Assembly: GCA_963743835.1 (NCBI GenBank)
Contig: CAVUQX010000004.1
Span: 706,560-770,559, forward strand
Length of the DNA: 64,000 nucleotides
Reading direction: 5' to 3'
From: Candidatus Dormiibacterota bacterium
GTDB lineage: Bacteria; Chloroflexota; Dormibacteria; Aeolococcales; Aeolococcaceae
The notes under the pieces are model-generated. The model worked only from the letters and a program-made list of their open reading frames with translations. It searched no databases and was not told the origin of the DNA. A program made the position numbers and the translations under genes. Shown here piece after piece: positions 1 through 8,227 of this stretch. Each line of letters starts with the position of its first letter. The stretch's first letter is position 1.

Positions 1-1
1 C

Positions 2-898
2 GTCTCGGGTCTGGAGGCCCTGCACAACGCAGGCGTCCTGCACCGAAACCTGACGCCTGACGCGGTGGTCGTCGAAACCACCGGTGCCGTACTGCTTCGA
101 GACGCGGGCTTGTCGGTACCGCCCACCGCGTCGGGATTGCTCGCCGGGCAGGAGCCATACAGCGCCCCCGAGGTTCTTGCGGGGTCAGCCTCAACATCGG
201 CCTCCGACCTGTATTCCGCCGTGGCAGTCTTCGTCGAGTCGATCGGCGGTCGCGCCTCCAAGACGGCTGTGCGCACCGATCTGCGCTCGCTCCTCGCCGA
301 AGGGATGGCCAAGGACCCGTCGAAGCGCCGTGCATCGCTGGATGCCTTCCGGGGTGAGTTGGACGACTACGCGCGAGCCACGATCGGCGAAACCTGGCGA
401 AAGGACGGACGCGCACAGTTGATCACCGCCGCCGCAGCACAGGCGAGCCGCGCTATCCGAGTGAGCTCGCCATCAGATCCAGCGCGTAATGGGGAGGATG
501 ACGCGGCGGCAGCGATCGCGCGCCTCCGGTCCCCCGGTCCCCGTGACCGGCGTGTTACGTGGGGTCTGGGTGTGCTCGCCTTTGCGGCGCTCCTGGCGAT
601 CGTCGTGCTCGTGCGCGGATTGACAGGAAACGTCGGACCCGCCACAGGCCCTCTCGGTCCACTCATCAATGCAATTCCGTTCTACGCTCAAGGCACACCC
701 ACGCCGAGCCCCACCGCGATCGGCGTCGCTCCCGCAACGAGTGCCGGCACCGTAACTCCGGGCGCGTTGGTGCCAAATCCCATCACGCAGCCCTCTGCAG
801 AGTCCGACTGGCGGGTCAAGGCCGGGACCCACGGTGCTGCCAACGCCCCCGCCCAATCCTCAGCTGCAGTCGCAGACCATCGGCTGGAAGTCTGCTAA
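2..898 (+). CDS. Ser/Thr-kinase-like membrane protein, C-lobe onward (5' partial; predicted pseudokinase)
   Basis: The frame is open from the window edge. VSGLEALHNAGVLHRNLTPDAVVVETTGAVLLRDAGL...YSAPEVLAG...SDLYSA matches kinase subdomains VIb-IX, but HRD is HRN, the catalytic-loop K/N are T/A, and DFG is DAG. A TM helix (WGLGVLAFAALLAIVVLV) and a Pro/Thr-rich linker follow. The ORF-track start at 65 is an internal GTG. Confidence 0.6.
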   Translation, partial: VSGLEALHNAGVLHRNLTPDAVVVETTGAVLLRDAGLSVPPTASGLLAGQEPYSAPEVLAGSASTSASDLYSAVAVFVESIGGRASKTAVRTDLRSLLAEGMAKDPSKRRASLDAFRGELDDYARATIGETWRKDGRAQLITAAAAQASRAIRVSSPSDPARNGEDDAAAAIARLRSPGPRDRRVTWGLGVLAFAALLAIVVLVRGLTGNVGPATGPLGPLINAIPFYAQGTPTPSPTAIGVAPATSAGTVTPGALVPNPITQPSAESDWRVKAGTHGAANAPAQSSAAVADHRLEVC

Positions 899-1649
899 AC
901 CTTCTGGGGCAGCGTACGGCGGGACCTACTTGGCGTCCGCCTCCGGCGGTGGCTCAGGCAATCCGGTGGTGTTCACCAGTCTGACGGGCGTGTGCAAGCC
1001 CATCGCGAGCAACGCATTTCGGTACGCCAGTGTCGGTACGTGCGAGATCGAGGCGACCCAATCGGGCAACTCGCGATATAACCCAGCAGCGCCAAGCGCG
1101 ATGATATTCACTGTCGGGCCGACCACCCAGGTCATCGCGTTCACCAGCAGTCCGTCCAATCCCACGTACCTGGGTAGTTACACGGTGACGGCATCTGCCC
1201 CGGGCGGTGCCGTGACGTTCTCTGCGGACACATCAAGCGCCGCGTGCAGCGTCACCGCTACTGGGGCCGTCACTTTCACGGCAGCTGGTGACTGCTTCAT
1301 CGACGCCAGCCAGGCGGGAAACCCGTATTACCTCCCGGCTCCTCCGATTCAGCAGCAAATAGTAGTTGCAAAGGCCTCCCAGACAGTCACCATGACGTCG
1401 AATTCGCCATGCAATCCATGCGCTACCCAGACACAATATGACCTGTCCGGGACTGCCACGTCAGGCCTAGCGGTCACGTTCGGTATCGACAGTTCGAGTA
1501 CGCCCGGGTCGTGCAGCATCGCCGGGAACGTGGTCACGTTCAATGCTGGCCTCGGGTTCCCGGGTAACTGCGTGATCGACTGGTTCCAGAACGGGGACCA
1601 GGACTACTTAGCCGCCCCTGTCCAATCACAGACCGTCGGCGTCTTGTAA
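834..1649 (+). CDS. Three tandem Ig-like Cys-pair repeats; probably the ectodomain of the upstream kinase-like ORF
   Basis: Three ~85-aa repeats of the form Q.I.F.S.P...G.Y.V.A...G..V.F....C.V...G.V.F...G.C.I.A.Q.GN..Y..A. Deleting one C from the C5 run at 846-850 joins it in frame to the upstream ORF (...GAANAPPNPQLQSQTIGWK...), giving one gene 2..1649. Confidence 0.55.
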   Translation: MLPTPPPNPQLQSQTIGWKSAKPSGAAYGGTYLASASGGGSGNPVVFTSLTGVCKPIASNAFRYASVGTCEIEATQSGNSRYNPAAPSAMIFTVGPTTQVIAFTSSPSNPTYLGSYTVTASAPGGAVTFSADTSSAACSVTATGAVTFTAAGDCFIDASQAGNPYYLPAPPIQQQIVVAKASQTVTMTSNSPCNPCATQTQYDLSGTATSGLAVTFGIDSSSTPGSCSIAGNVVTFNAGLGFPGNCVIDWFQNGDQDYLAAPVQSQTVGVL

Positions 1650-1787
1650 TCGATATTTGTGGCGGCGATTGCCATCCTTTGTTGCGCGCAGATCATCTGG
1701 CCAAGCCGAGATCCTATTTGCACCTACTCGCCTTGTCGCGACAGAAGCTCGTAGGCTTCTAACTCCCCACAACCGCCGCCCCGGGAC

Positions 1788-4106
1788 CTACCCCAACTTG
1801 AGATCGATCGGACTCGTCGCGCCCGTCAGTCCGGCGCTGAACAGGTACTGAACCGTGGTGCTCGGGCTCGGCGCTGTCTCGCCAATCACCTTGCTCGTTG
1901 AGAAGTTGATACCGATATAGAACGGCCCGGAGCCTGCGCTGACCTTGACGGTGACGGCGCCGCTGGTCGAAGTCTGAGTGATGGTGCTCGTCACCGCGCT
2001 GCAACTGCTCCCCGTCGCGTTGTCCCATACGGTGCTGCCACTGGCGACGAGCAGTTTCTTGCTGGTCTCACTGGTCGACTGCGTGATCTTGAACGTCCCG
2101 GTCGATGGAACCTTGACCCAGTACGTGAACGACGAGGGTGTCACCGTGCCGATTTTGCTGCCGCTGAGCGTGTACTGAAAGCTCGGGAGGCTGGTCGCAA
2201 ATCCCGATGCGAACTGCGCGCAGGTCGTTGCGATCGGCGTGATTTCGCTGATCTGCGGACCAACGGTGACCGGATCGGCGCCGCACTTGCTACTGGCGGC
2301 TGCATTATTCACATCGCCAGTAAAGGTCGCCGTCCACTCATAGGTGCCGATGGTTTTGGCGGTGAAACCGGTTGTGGTGTTGAAGGGTCCGTTCGTCTTG
2401 ACCGCAGTGACGGTCTCGGTGTGAATCGTCGTGGCACAGCTGCTGTCGCCCGGGCCATACAGCTTGAAGGTGATCGAGCCAGTTCCTGTCAGAGTGCTCG
2501 TACCAGCCAGGGTGGCACTGTCCTGCAGCGTCGTACCCGTGCCCGCGGACTTGGGATTCGCGGTGGAGGAGATTGTGGGTTTGGCGGTGATCAACACGGG
2601 CTCTCCGCACGTACTGGCCACCGCTGCATTGTTGACGTCGCCGCCATAGTTTGCGATCCAGTAATAGGTTCCCGCTGCTTTCGGCGTCCATGCGACCGTA
2701 TAGCTCGCCGACGAACCCGCGACGGTGCCGCTTCCGCTCACGCCGCTCACCGCCGTCGTGCAGGTGCTATTCGAGTACAACTTGAATGTCACGGTTCCCG
2801 TCGGCGCTATCGGCGCCCCTGACAAGGTGGCCGTGTCTTTAAGGGTTTTGATCGCCTTGCCGACCGTCCCGGTCGTCGGGCTGGCAACGGTGCTGATCGT
2901 TGGCGATGCCTTACCGATAATGATCCGCTCGGAGACTGCACCGCAGGTGCTGACCGTGCTGTTGTTCGCATCGCCGTTGTAGGCAGCCCCCCAGTAGTAG
3001 GTGCTCACCGAGGCGGGCGTCCACTTTGCGCTGAAAGACGTGGTCCCAGCAGAGATCGTCCCGCTTCCACTGACACCGGACACCGCGGTCGTGCATGTGG
3101 CATTCGTGTACAACGTGAACGTCACCGATCCGGTTGGCGATGCCCCACCGGTTATTGTTGCGGTGTCCTTGACGGCGATCTGCAGTCCGACTGTTCCCGA
3201 GGTCGGACTCGCCTGCGTGGTCAGCGTCGGCGATGCCTTGCCCACCGTCAACGGCTCGCTGCTGCAGCTGCTCTTGGTGGCGCTGTTGTTGGCATCACCC
3301 GAGAACGACGCCTGCCAGTAGAAGGTGCCCGCCGTCGGGAAGCTCAGCGTGTTCGAGTTTGGCACCGCCCCGGTACTCTCATTCACGGCCACGCTGCCCG
3401 CCGTCCGAGCGTTGAGCGAGCAAGCGTTGTTGCTGTACACCGTGTAGATCACCGTCGACGCAGTGCCACCTGGGGCGAACCCGCTCAGCGCCGCGGTGTC
3501 GAAGTCCGTGCCTCCCGCAGCGATCGAACTCGAATTCAACGCGGTCGTCAAAGTCGGGCTCGCCTGGCCCACGATCAGGGGCTCGCTGCTGCAGCTGCTC
3601 TTGGTAGCGCTGTTGTTGGCATCACCCGAGAACGACGCCTGCCAGTAGAAGGTGCCCGCGGTCGGGAAGCTCAGCGTGTTTGAGTTCGGCACCGCCCCGG
3701 TGTTCTCATTCACCGAGAGGGTGCCGGCAGCCCGGGCGTTCTGCGAGCAGGCGTTGTCGCTGTACACCGTGTAGGTCACCGTCGACGCGGTACCACCTGG
3801 GGCGAACCCGCTCAGCGCGGCGGTGTCGAAGTCCGTGCCCCCCGCCACGATCGAACTCGCATGCAGCGCCGTGGTCAGCGTCGGCGACGCCTTGCCCACC
3901 GTCAGCGGCTCGCTGCTGCAGCTGCTCAGCGTCGCTGCGTTGTTGGCATCGCCCGAGAACGACGCCTGCCAGTAAAAGGTGCCCGCCGTCGGGAAGCTCA
4001 GCGTGTTTGAGTTCGGCACCGCCCCGGTGTTCTCATTCACCGAGAGGGTGCCGGCAGCCCGGGCGTTCTGCGAGCAAGCGTTGTCGCTGTACACCGTGTA
4101 GGTCAC
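1788..4106 (-). CDS. Same surface protein, C-terminal fragment (restored gene 1788..6604, ~1605 aa)
   Basis: It continues the interrupted A module (..TYTVYSDNACSQNARAAG..). Two more A modules follow, then three diverged modules and a ~190-aa non-repeat C-terminal domain. There is no C-terminal TM segment or sorting signal. Confidence 0.8.
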   Translation of the reverse strand: MTYTVYSDNACSQNARAAGTLSVNENTGAVPNSNTLSFPTAGTFYWQASFSGDANNAATLSSCSSEPLTVGKASPTLTTALHASSIVAGGTDFDTAALSGFAPGGTASTVTYTVYSDNACSQNARAAGTLSVNENTGAVPNSNTLSFPTAGTFYWQASFSGDANNSATKSSCSSEPLIVGQASPTLTTALNSSSIAAGGTDFDTAALSGFAPGGTASTVIYTVYSNNACSLNARTAGSVAVNESTGAVPNSNTLSFPTAGTFYWQASFSGDANNSATKSSCSSEPLTVGKASPTLTTQASPTSGTVGLQIAVKDTATITGGASPTGSVTFTLYTNATCTTAVSGVSGSGTISAGTTSFSAKWTPASVSTYYWGAAYNGDANNSTVSTCGAVSERIIIGKASPTISTVASPTTGTVGKAIKTLKDTATLSGAPIAPTGTVTFKLYSNSTCTTAVSGVSGSGTVAGSSASYTVAWTPKAAGTYYWIANYGGDVNNAAVASTCGEPVLITAKPTISSTANPKSAGTGTTLQDSATLAGTSTLTGTGSITFKLYGPGDSSCATTIHTETVTAVKTNGPFNTTTGFTAKTIGTYEWTATFTGDVNNAAASSKCGADPVTVGPQISEITPIATTCAQFASGFATSLPSFQYTLSGSKIGTVTPSSFTYWVKVPSTGTFKITQSTSETSKKLLVASGSTVWDNATGSSCSAVTSTITQTSTSGAVTVKVSAGSGPFYIGINFSTSKVIGETAPSPSTTVQYLFSAGLTGATSPIDLKLG

Positions 4107-6139
4107 CGTCGACGCGGTACCACCTGGGCGAACCCGCTCAGCGCGGCGGTGTCGAAGTCCGTGCCCCCCGCCGCGATCGAACTCGCATGCAGCGCCGTGG
4201 TCAGCGTCGGCGACGCCTTGCCCACCGTCAGCGGCTCGCTGCTGCAGCTGCTCAGCGTCGCTGCATTGTTGGCATCGCCCGAGAACGACGCCTGCCAGTA
4301 GAAGGTGCCCGCCGTCGGGAAGCTCAGCGTGTTCGAGTTCGGCACCGCCCCGGTGTTCTCATTCACCGAGAGGGTGCCGGCAGCCCGGGCGTTCTGCGAG
4401 CAGGCGTTGTCGCTGTACACCGTGTAGATCACCGTCGACGCGGTACCACCTGGGGCGAACCCGCTCAGCGCGGCGGTGTCGAAGTCCGTGCCCCCCGCCG
4501 CGATCGAACTCGCATGCAGCGCCGTGGTCAGCGTCGGCGACGCCTTGCCCACCGTCAGCGGCTCGCTGCTGCAGCTGCTCAGCGTCGCTGCGTTGTTGGC
4601 ATCGCCCGAGAACGACGCCTGCCAGTAGAAGGTGCCCGCCGTCGGGAAGCTCAGCGTGTTCGAGTTCGGCACCGCCCCGGTGCTCTCATTCACGGCCACG
4701 CTGCCCGCCGTCCGGGCGTTCTGCGAGCAGGCGTTGTCGCTGTACACCGTGTAGATCACCGTCGACCCGCTCCCGCCCGGGGCGAACCCGCTCAGCGCCG
4801 CGGTGTCGAAGTCCGTGCCTCCCGCCGCGATCGAACTCGAATTCAACGCCGTCGTCAACGTCGGGCTCGCCTGGCCGATGATCACCTGCTCGGCGCTTCC
4901 ACCCTGGTCGTTCGCCGAGCTGTTGTTGGTGTCGCCCCCATAGCTCGCCGACCACTGGTACGTGCCCGGGGCGGTCGCCATGTATCCCGTCGGGGTCGCG
5001 TAGGCGCCGTTGCCGCTCACCGTCGCCGTCTCCGTGTCCACCACCGCGCTCGACGCATTGGTCAGCGTGAACGTGATCGTGCCCGTGGGCGCGCTTCCAC
5101 CCGCCAGGGTTGCGTCGTCCTGCACCGTCTGCCCCACAGCCGCCGCCGTCGGCGTCGCCGCCGTGGTCAGCGTCAGCGACGCCTTGCCCACCGTCAGCGG
5201 CTCGCTGCTGCAGCTGCTCAGCGTCGCTGCGTTGTTGGCATCGCCCGAGAACGACGCCTGCCAGTAGAAGGTGCCCGCCGTCGGGAAGCTCAGCGTGTTC
5301 GAGTTCGGCACCGCCCCGGTGCTCTCATTCACGGCCACGCTGCCCGCCGTCCGGGCGTTCTGCGAGCAGGCGTTGTCGCTGTACACCGTGTAGATCACCG
5401 TCGACCCGCTCCCGCCCGGGGCGAACCCGCTCAGCGCCGCGGTGTCGAAGTCCGTGCCTCCCGCCGCGATCGAACTCGAATTCAACGCCGTCGTCAACGT
5501 CGGGCTCGCCTGGCCGATGATCACCTGCTCGGCGCTTCCACCCTGGTCGTTCGCCGAGCTGTTGTTGGTGTCGCCCCCATAGCTCGCCGACCACTGGTAC
5601 GTGCCCGGGGCGATCGCCATGTATCCCGTCGGGGTCGCGTAGGCGCCGTTGCCGCTCACCGTCGCCGTCTCCGTGTCCACCACCGCGCTCGACGCATTGG
5701 TCAGCGTGAACGTGATCGTGCCCGTGGGCGCGCTTCCACCCGCCAGGGTTGCGTCGTCCTGCACCGTCTGCCCCACAGCCGCCGCCGTCGGCGTCGCCGC
5801 CGTGGTCAGCGTCGGACTCGCCTGGCCGATGATCACCTGCTTGGCTGTTCCACCCTGGTCGTTCGCCGAGCTGTTGTTGGTGTCGCCCCCATAGCTCGCC
5901 GACCACTGGTACGTGCCCGGGGCGGTCGCCATGTATCCCGTCGGGGTCGCGTAGGCGCCGTTCCCGCTCACCGTCGCCGTCTCCGTGTCCACCACCGCGC
6001 TCGACGCATTGGTCAGCGTGAAGGTGATCGTGCCCGTGGGTGCGCTCCCACCCGCGAGGGTCGCGTCGTCCTTCACCGTCTGCCCCACCGCCGCCGTCGT
6101 CGGCGTCGCCGCCGTGGTCAGCGTCGGACTCGCCTGGCC
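3243..6139 (-). repeat. Near-identical in-frame tandem coding repeats (327-bp A units, 312-bp B units, 639-bp B+A higher-order unit)
   Basis: The same 30-mer (gtcagcggctcgctgctgcagctgctcagc) recurs at 3901, 4227 and 4554, a spacing of 327 (326 across the indel). Antisense ORFs at 5010 and 5649 are identical and 639 bp apart. Copies differ by only a few bases. Confidence 0.9.
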
Positions 6140-6604
6140 GATCGTCACCTGGTTGGTGGTACTACTCGGATCGCTGCAGACGGATGTGGCTGTGCCGTTG
6201 ATTGAATCCGAGTAACTCGCCTCCCAGTAATAGGTTCCTGCCATAGGTGGCGTCCAATCCTGCGAGTAGGTGGCTGTATCGTTGACGATGTTCAGTGATC
6301 CCGTCCCCGTCACGCCCGGTACGGGCGTGTTGCAGGTCGAGTCGCTGTACAGGGTGAAAGCGACCGATGTGCTCGTGGGCGGGGCCGTCGTTCCCGAGAG
6401 CGTCGCCGTGGCCTCAAGACTGGAAATGTCCACGCCCGCCGTCCCCGAGGTCGGGCTCGCCTGCACAGTCACCGAACCCGACGCCGCGGCCTGCGTCGTT
6501 GGCGCCACCACCAAGAACGCCACGGCAACGAGCCAAGCTGACCACGCCGCCAAAGCTCGCCGAGAACGCGACACGCGCCCCGGCCGCTTCCGATGTCCCC
6601 TCAC
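4103..6604 (-). CDS. Giant secreted Ig-like tandem-repeat surface protein, N-terminal fragment (frameshift-interrupted)
   Basis: Signal peptide MRGHRKRPGRVSRSRRALAAWSAWLVAVAFLVVAPTTQAAA, then modules N1-B-B-A-B-A-A-A (B = 104 aa, A = 109 aa). Each module carries TF.L(Y/T)..C..Y.W.AS(Y/F).GD.NN..C. The ORF ends only because the G4 run seen in paralogous repeats is G3 at 4126-4128 (...SGFA/QVVPRRR* instead of ...SGFAPGGTASTV). Confidence 0.8.
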   Translation of the reverse strand: MRGHRKRPGRVSRSRRALAAWSAWLVAVAFLVVAPTTQAAASGSVTVQASPTSGTAGVDISSLEATATLSGTTAPPTSTSVAFTLYSDSTCNTPVPGVTGTGSLNIVNDTATYSQDWTPPMAGTYYWEASYSDSINGTATSVCSDPSSTTNQVTIGQASPTLTTAATPTTAAVGQTVKDDATLAGGSAPTGTITFTLTNASSAVVDTETATVSGNGAYATPTGYMATAPGTYQWSASYGGDTNNSSANDQGGTAKQVIIGQASPTLTTAATPTAAAVGQTVQDDATLAGGSAPTGTITFTLTNASSAVVDTETATVSGNGAYATPTGYMAIAPGTYQWSASYGGDTNNSSANDQGGSAEQVIIGQASPTLTTALNSSSIAAGGTDFDTAALSGFAPGGSGSTVIYTVYSDNACSQNARTAGSVAVNESTGAVPNSNTLSFPTAGTFYWQASFSGDANNAATLSSCSSEPLTVGKASLTLTTAATPTAAAVGQTVQDDATLAGGSAPTGTITFTLTNASSAVVDTETATVSGNGAYATPTGYMATAPGTYQWSASYGGDTNNSSANDQGGSAEQVIIGQASPTLTTALNSSSIAAGGTDFDTAALSGFAPGGSGSTVIYTVYSDNACSQNARTAGSVAVNESTGAVPNSNTLSFPTAGTFYWQASFSGDANNAATLSSCSSEPLTVGKASPTLTTALHASSIAAGGTDFDTAALSGFAPGGTASTVIYTVYSDNACSQNARAAGTLSVNENTGAVPNSNTLSFPTAGTFYWQASFSGDANNAATLSSCSSEPLTVGKASPTLTTALHASSIAAGGTDFDTAALSGFAQVVPRRR

Positions 6605-6875
6605 GTTCCGGTGTCTCCCCTGGCCCTACTCGCCGGGCAGCTCCCCTGCTCTCAGAGCAACTGGAGCGCGTCCGCAAATCCCCTTTCTAGCTCCGAGCCT
6701 TCCCGAAGCGAACCCCGCAAATAATGCGCTACGCGGCCATGGGATTGCCAGCGCCGGAATCGACGTCGGCATTGGCCGCCTTCCGGTGTCCAATCCCCCC
6801 GAACGACGAAGCTCCTACCGCCGAGGGAGATTTCTCAGCAGTAGGAGCTCGAAGGTCCTTGGGACGTTGTCGGCT

Positions 6876-7898
6876 CTAGCAGTGCAGCGTGGAGGCAAAC
6901 CTCTGATTGGTGACGGTGATCCCGGTGGCTCCGCCGTGGCGCGACGCATGGATCGTGCCTACGCCGGCGTACGTGAGCACATTCTCAATGAGGATGTTGC
7001 TGGCCGGGCCGGTCACGAACCATGCCGGCTGGCACCGGTTGATGCCGTAGTAGGTCTCGGTGTTGAGGATCGTGTTGGTGTCGTTGAAGAGCGCCAGGAT
7101 GCCGCCGTGGATGGTGATGTTGGTCAGGCGAGCTCCGTTCTGGCAGTCGATGTCGACGGCCGCGAATCCGCCCGTACCGTGATTGATCATGATCACGTTC
7201 GACACCACACTCCCGGTGATAGGGAACGCGTAGCAGGGCTTGGAGCCGGTCAGCCGCATCCCGAAGCCCGAGCCGGTCTCGGCAGTGACGTTCATCACGG
7301 TCGTGTTGTCAGCATTGCTGAACAGGACGGCGGGGACAGGGCTCTTTCGGATCGGGATGAGGCCAGGATTGAACGTATATGTGTTGAGGTTCAGGTCTTC
7401 GATGGTGTTTCCATCGGAGGTGATCTGGAAGATGTTCTGATCAGCGTGCTGGACCAGGAACGTCATGGTAGCCCCGGCGCCCTCGATGGTCACCCCGTAG
7501 GTGCCGCTGAGGTGGACGTTGCCCTGGAGGACGCAGACACCAGATGGGATGGTGACGACCCCACCCGGCTGCTTGCCGGCGGCGTCAACGGCCGCTTGAA
7601 TCAGCGGCGTGTTGTTGGTGACGCCATCGCACTGCGCTCCAGACGCGGTCACCGTGGCGTGCACGCTTCTGGCAGGTGCGCCGCCGTGGCCGGCGCTGGA
7701 GCGAAGAGACGGTGTCGCCTGCGCGGCGAGCGCCGAGGTGTGAGTGTGACCCACGCTAGTGTGAGTGCCGGGGTGGCTCGTGAGCAGTGCCGTCGGAGCC
7801 GGGACGGCGGCCGATGCGGGTGCCAATCCGGACTGCGCCATGAGAGCAACGGTTCCTACGGCGGCAACGACGGTGAAACGGAGGATGGGAATCTTCAT
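6876..7898 (-). CDS. Secreted right-handed beta-helix protein (pectate-lyase-fold / Pectate_lyase_3-like)
   Basis: Signal peptide MKIPILRFTVVAAVGTVALMAQSGLAPASA. CDGVTNNTPLIQAAVDAAGKQPGGVVTIPSGVCVL matches the N-terminal CDG.TDDT.A.Q.A...GG.V..P.G.Y cap of this fold. Periodic N.T(I/V).N(V/I) beta-helix rungs follow. Confidence 0.7.
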   Translation of the reverse strand: MKIPILRFTVVAAVGTVALMAQSGLAPASAAVPAPTALLTSHPGTHTSVGHTHTSALAAQATPSLRSSAGHGGAPARSVHATVTASGAQCDGVTNNTPLIQAAVDAAGKQPGGVVTIPSGVCVLQGNVHLSGTYGVTIEGAGATMTFLVQHADQNIFQITSDGNTIEDLNLNTYTFNPGLIPIRKSPVPAVLFSNADNTTVMNVTAETGSGFGMRLTGSKPCYAFPITGSVVSNVIMINHGTGGFAAVDIDCQNGARLTNITIHGGILALFNDTNTILNTETYYGINRCQPAWFVTGPASNILIENVLTYAGVGTIHASRHGGATGITVTNQRFASTLHC

Positions 7899-8227
7899 GG
7901 CTCGACCGTGTCATCGATTCGCGCTTGCCGATCGGACGATGAGCAACCGGAATGTGACAGGTCAGCGATTTGAGCGGGCACACAATCACAACAACCCAGG
8001 GGAAATGACACCGCTTCGAGATCGAATGACACGACGCTGGTACGCCAGGCGACGAACGACTGTTCGGGATGCGGTGACGGCCACAGAGTTGCGTTCACCC
8101 CCACCGATGCGCGACGAGGTTCGCGGGGACGCCGAACGAGTCGGTCGCGGCCGTCGTTGCGGCCGAGGCACCCCTGCGCCTGTATGATGCGGACGAGCAA
8201 AGGGGCGGTCGTAGGAAGGTTGTGCTG

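Noticed and set aside
4126-4128. G3/G4 length difference inside the adhesin repeat as a contingency (phase-variation) locus.
   Set aside because: A 3-4 nt run is far shorter than known slipped-strand switches, and eight other genes show the same kind of homopolymer indel. Sequencing error is the simpler explanation.
3680-6205. An 841-aa ORF on the plus strand, extremely Arg-rich and internally repetitive.
   Set aside because: It is the antisense shadow of the adhesin repeats. Its composition (R/A/P/G) is typical of a wrong frame in high-GC DNA, and the minus-strand frame gives a signal peptide and coherent Ig-like modules.
6811-6848. GCTCCTAC...GTAGGAGC hairpin downstream of the beta-helix gene as a terminator.
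   Set aside because: It has an 8-bp stem with a 22-nt loop and no U-tract, which is too weak to call.
6270-7973. A 567-aa plus-strand ORF spanning the adhesin start and the beta-helix gene.
   Set aside because: It runs antisense to two well-supported minus-strand genes and across their intergenic region. It has no recognisable motifs and a biased Arg/Gly/Asp composition.
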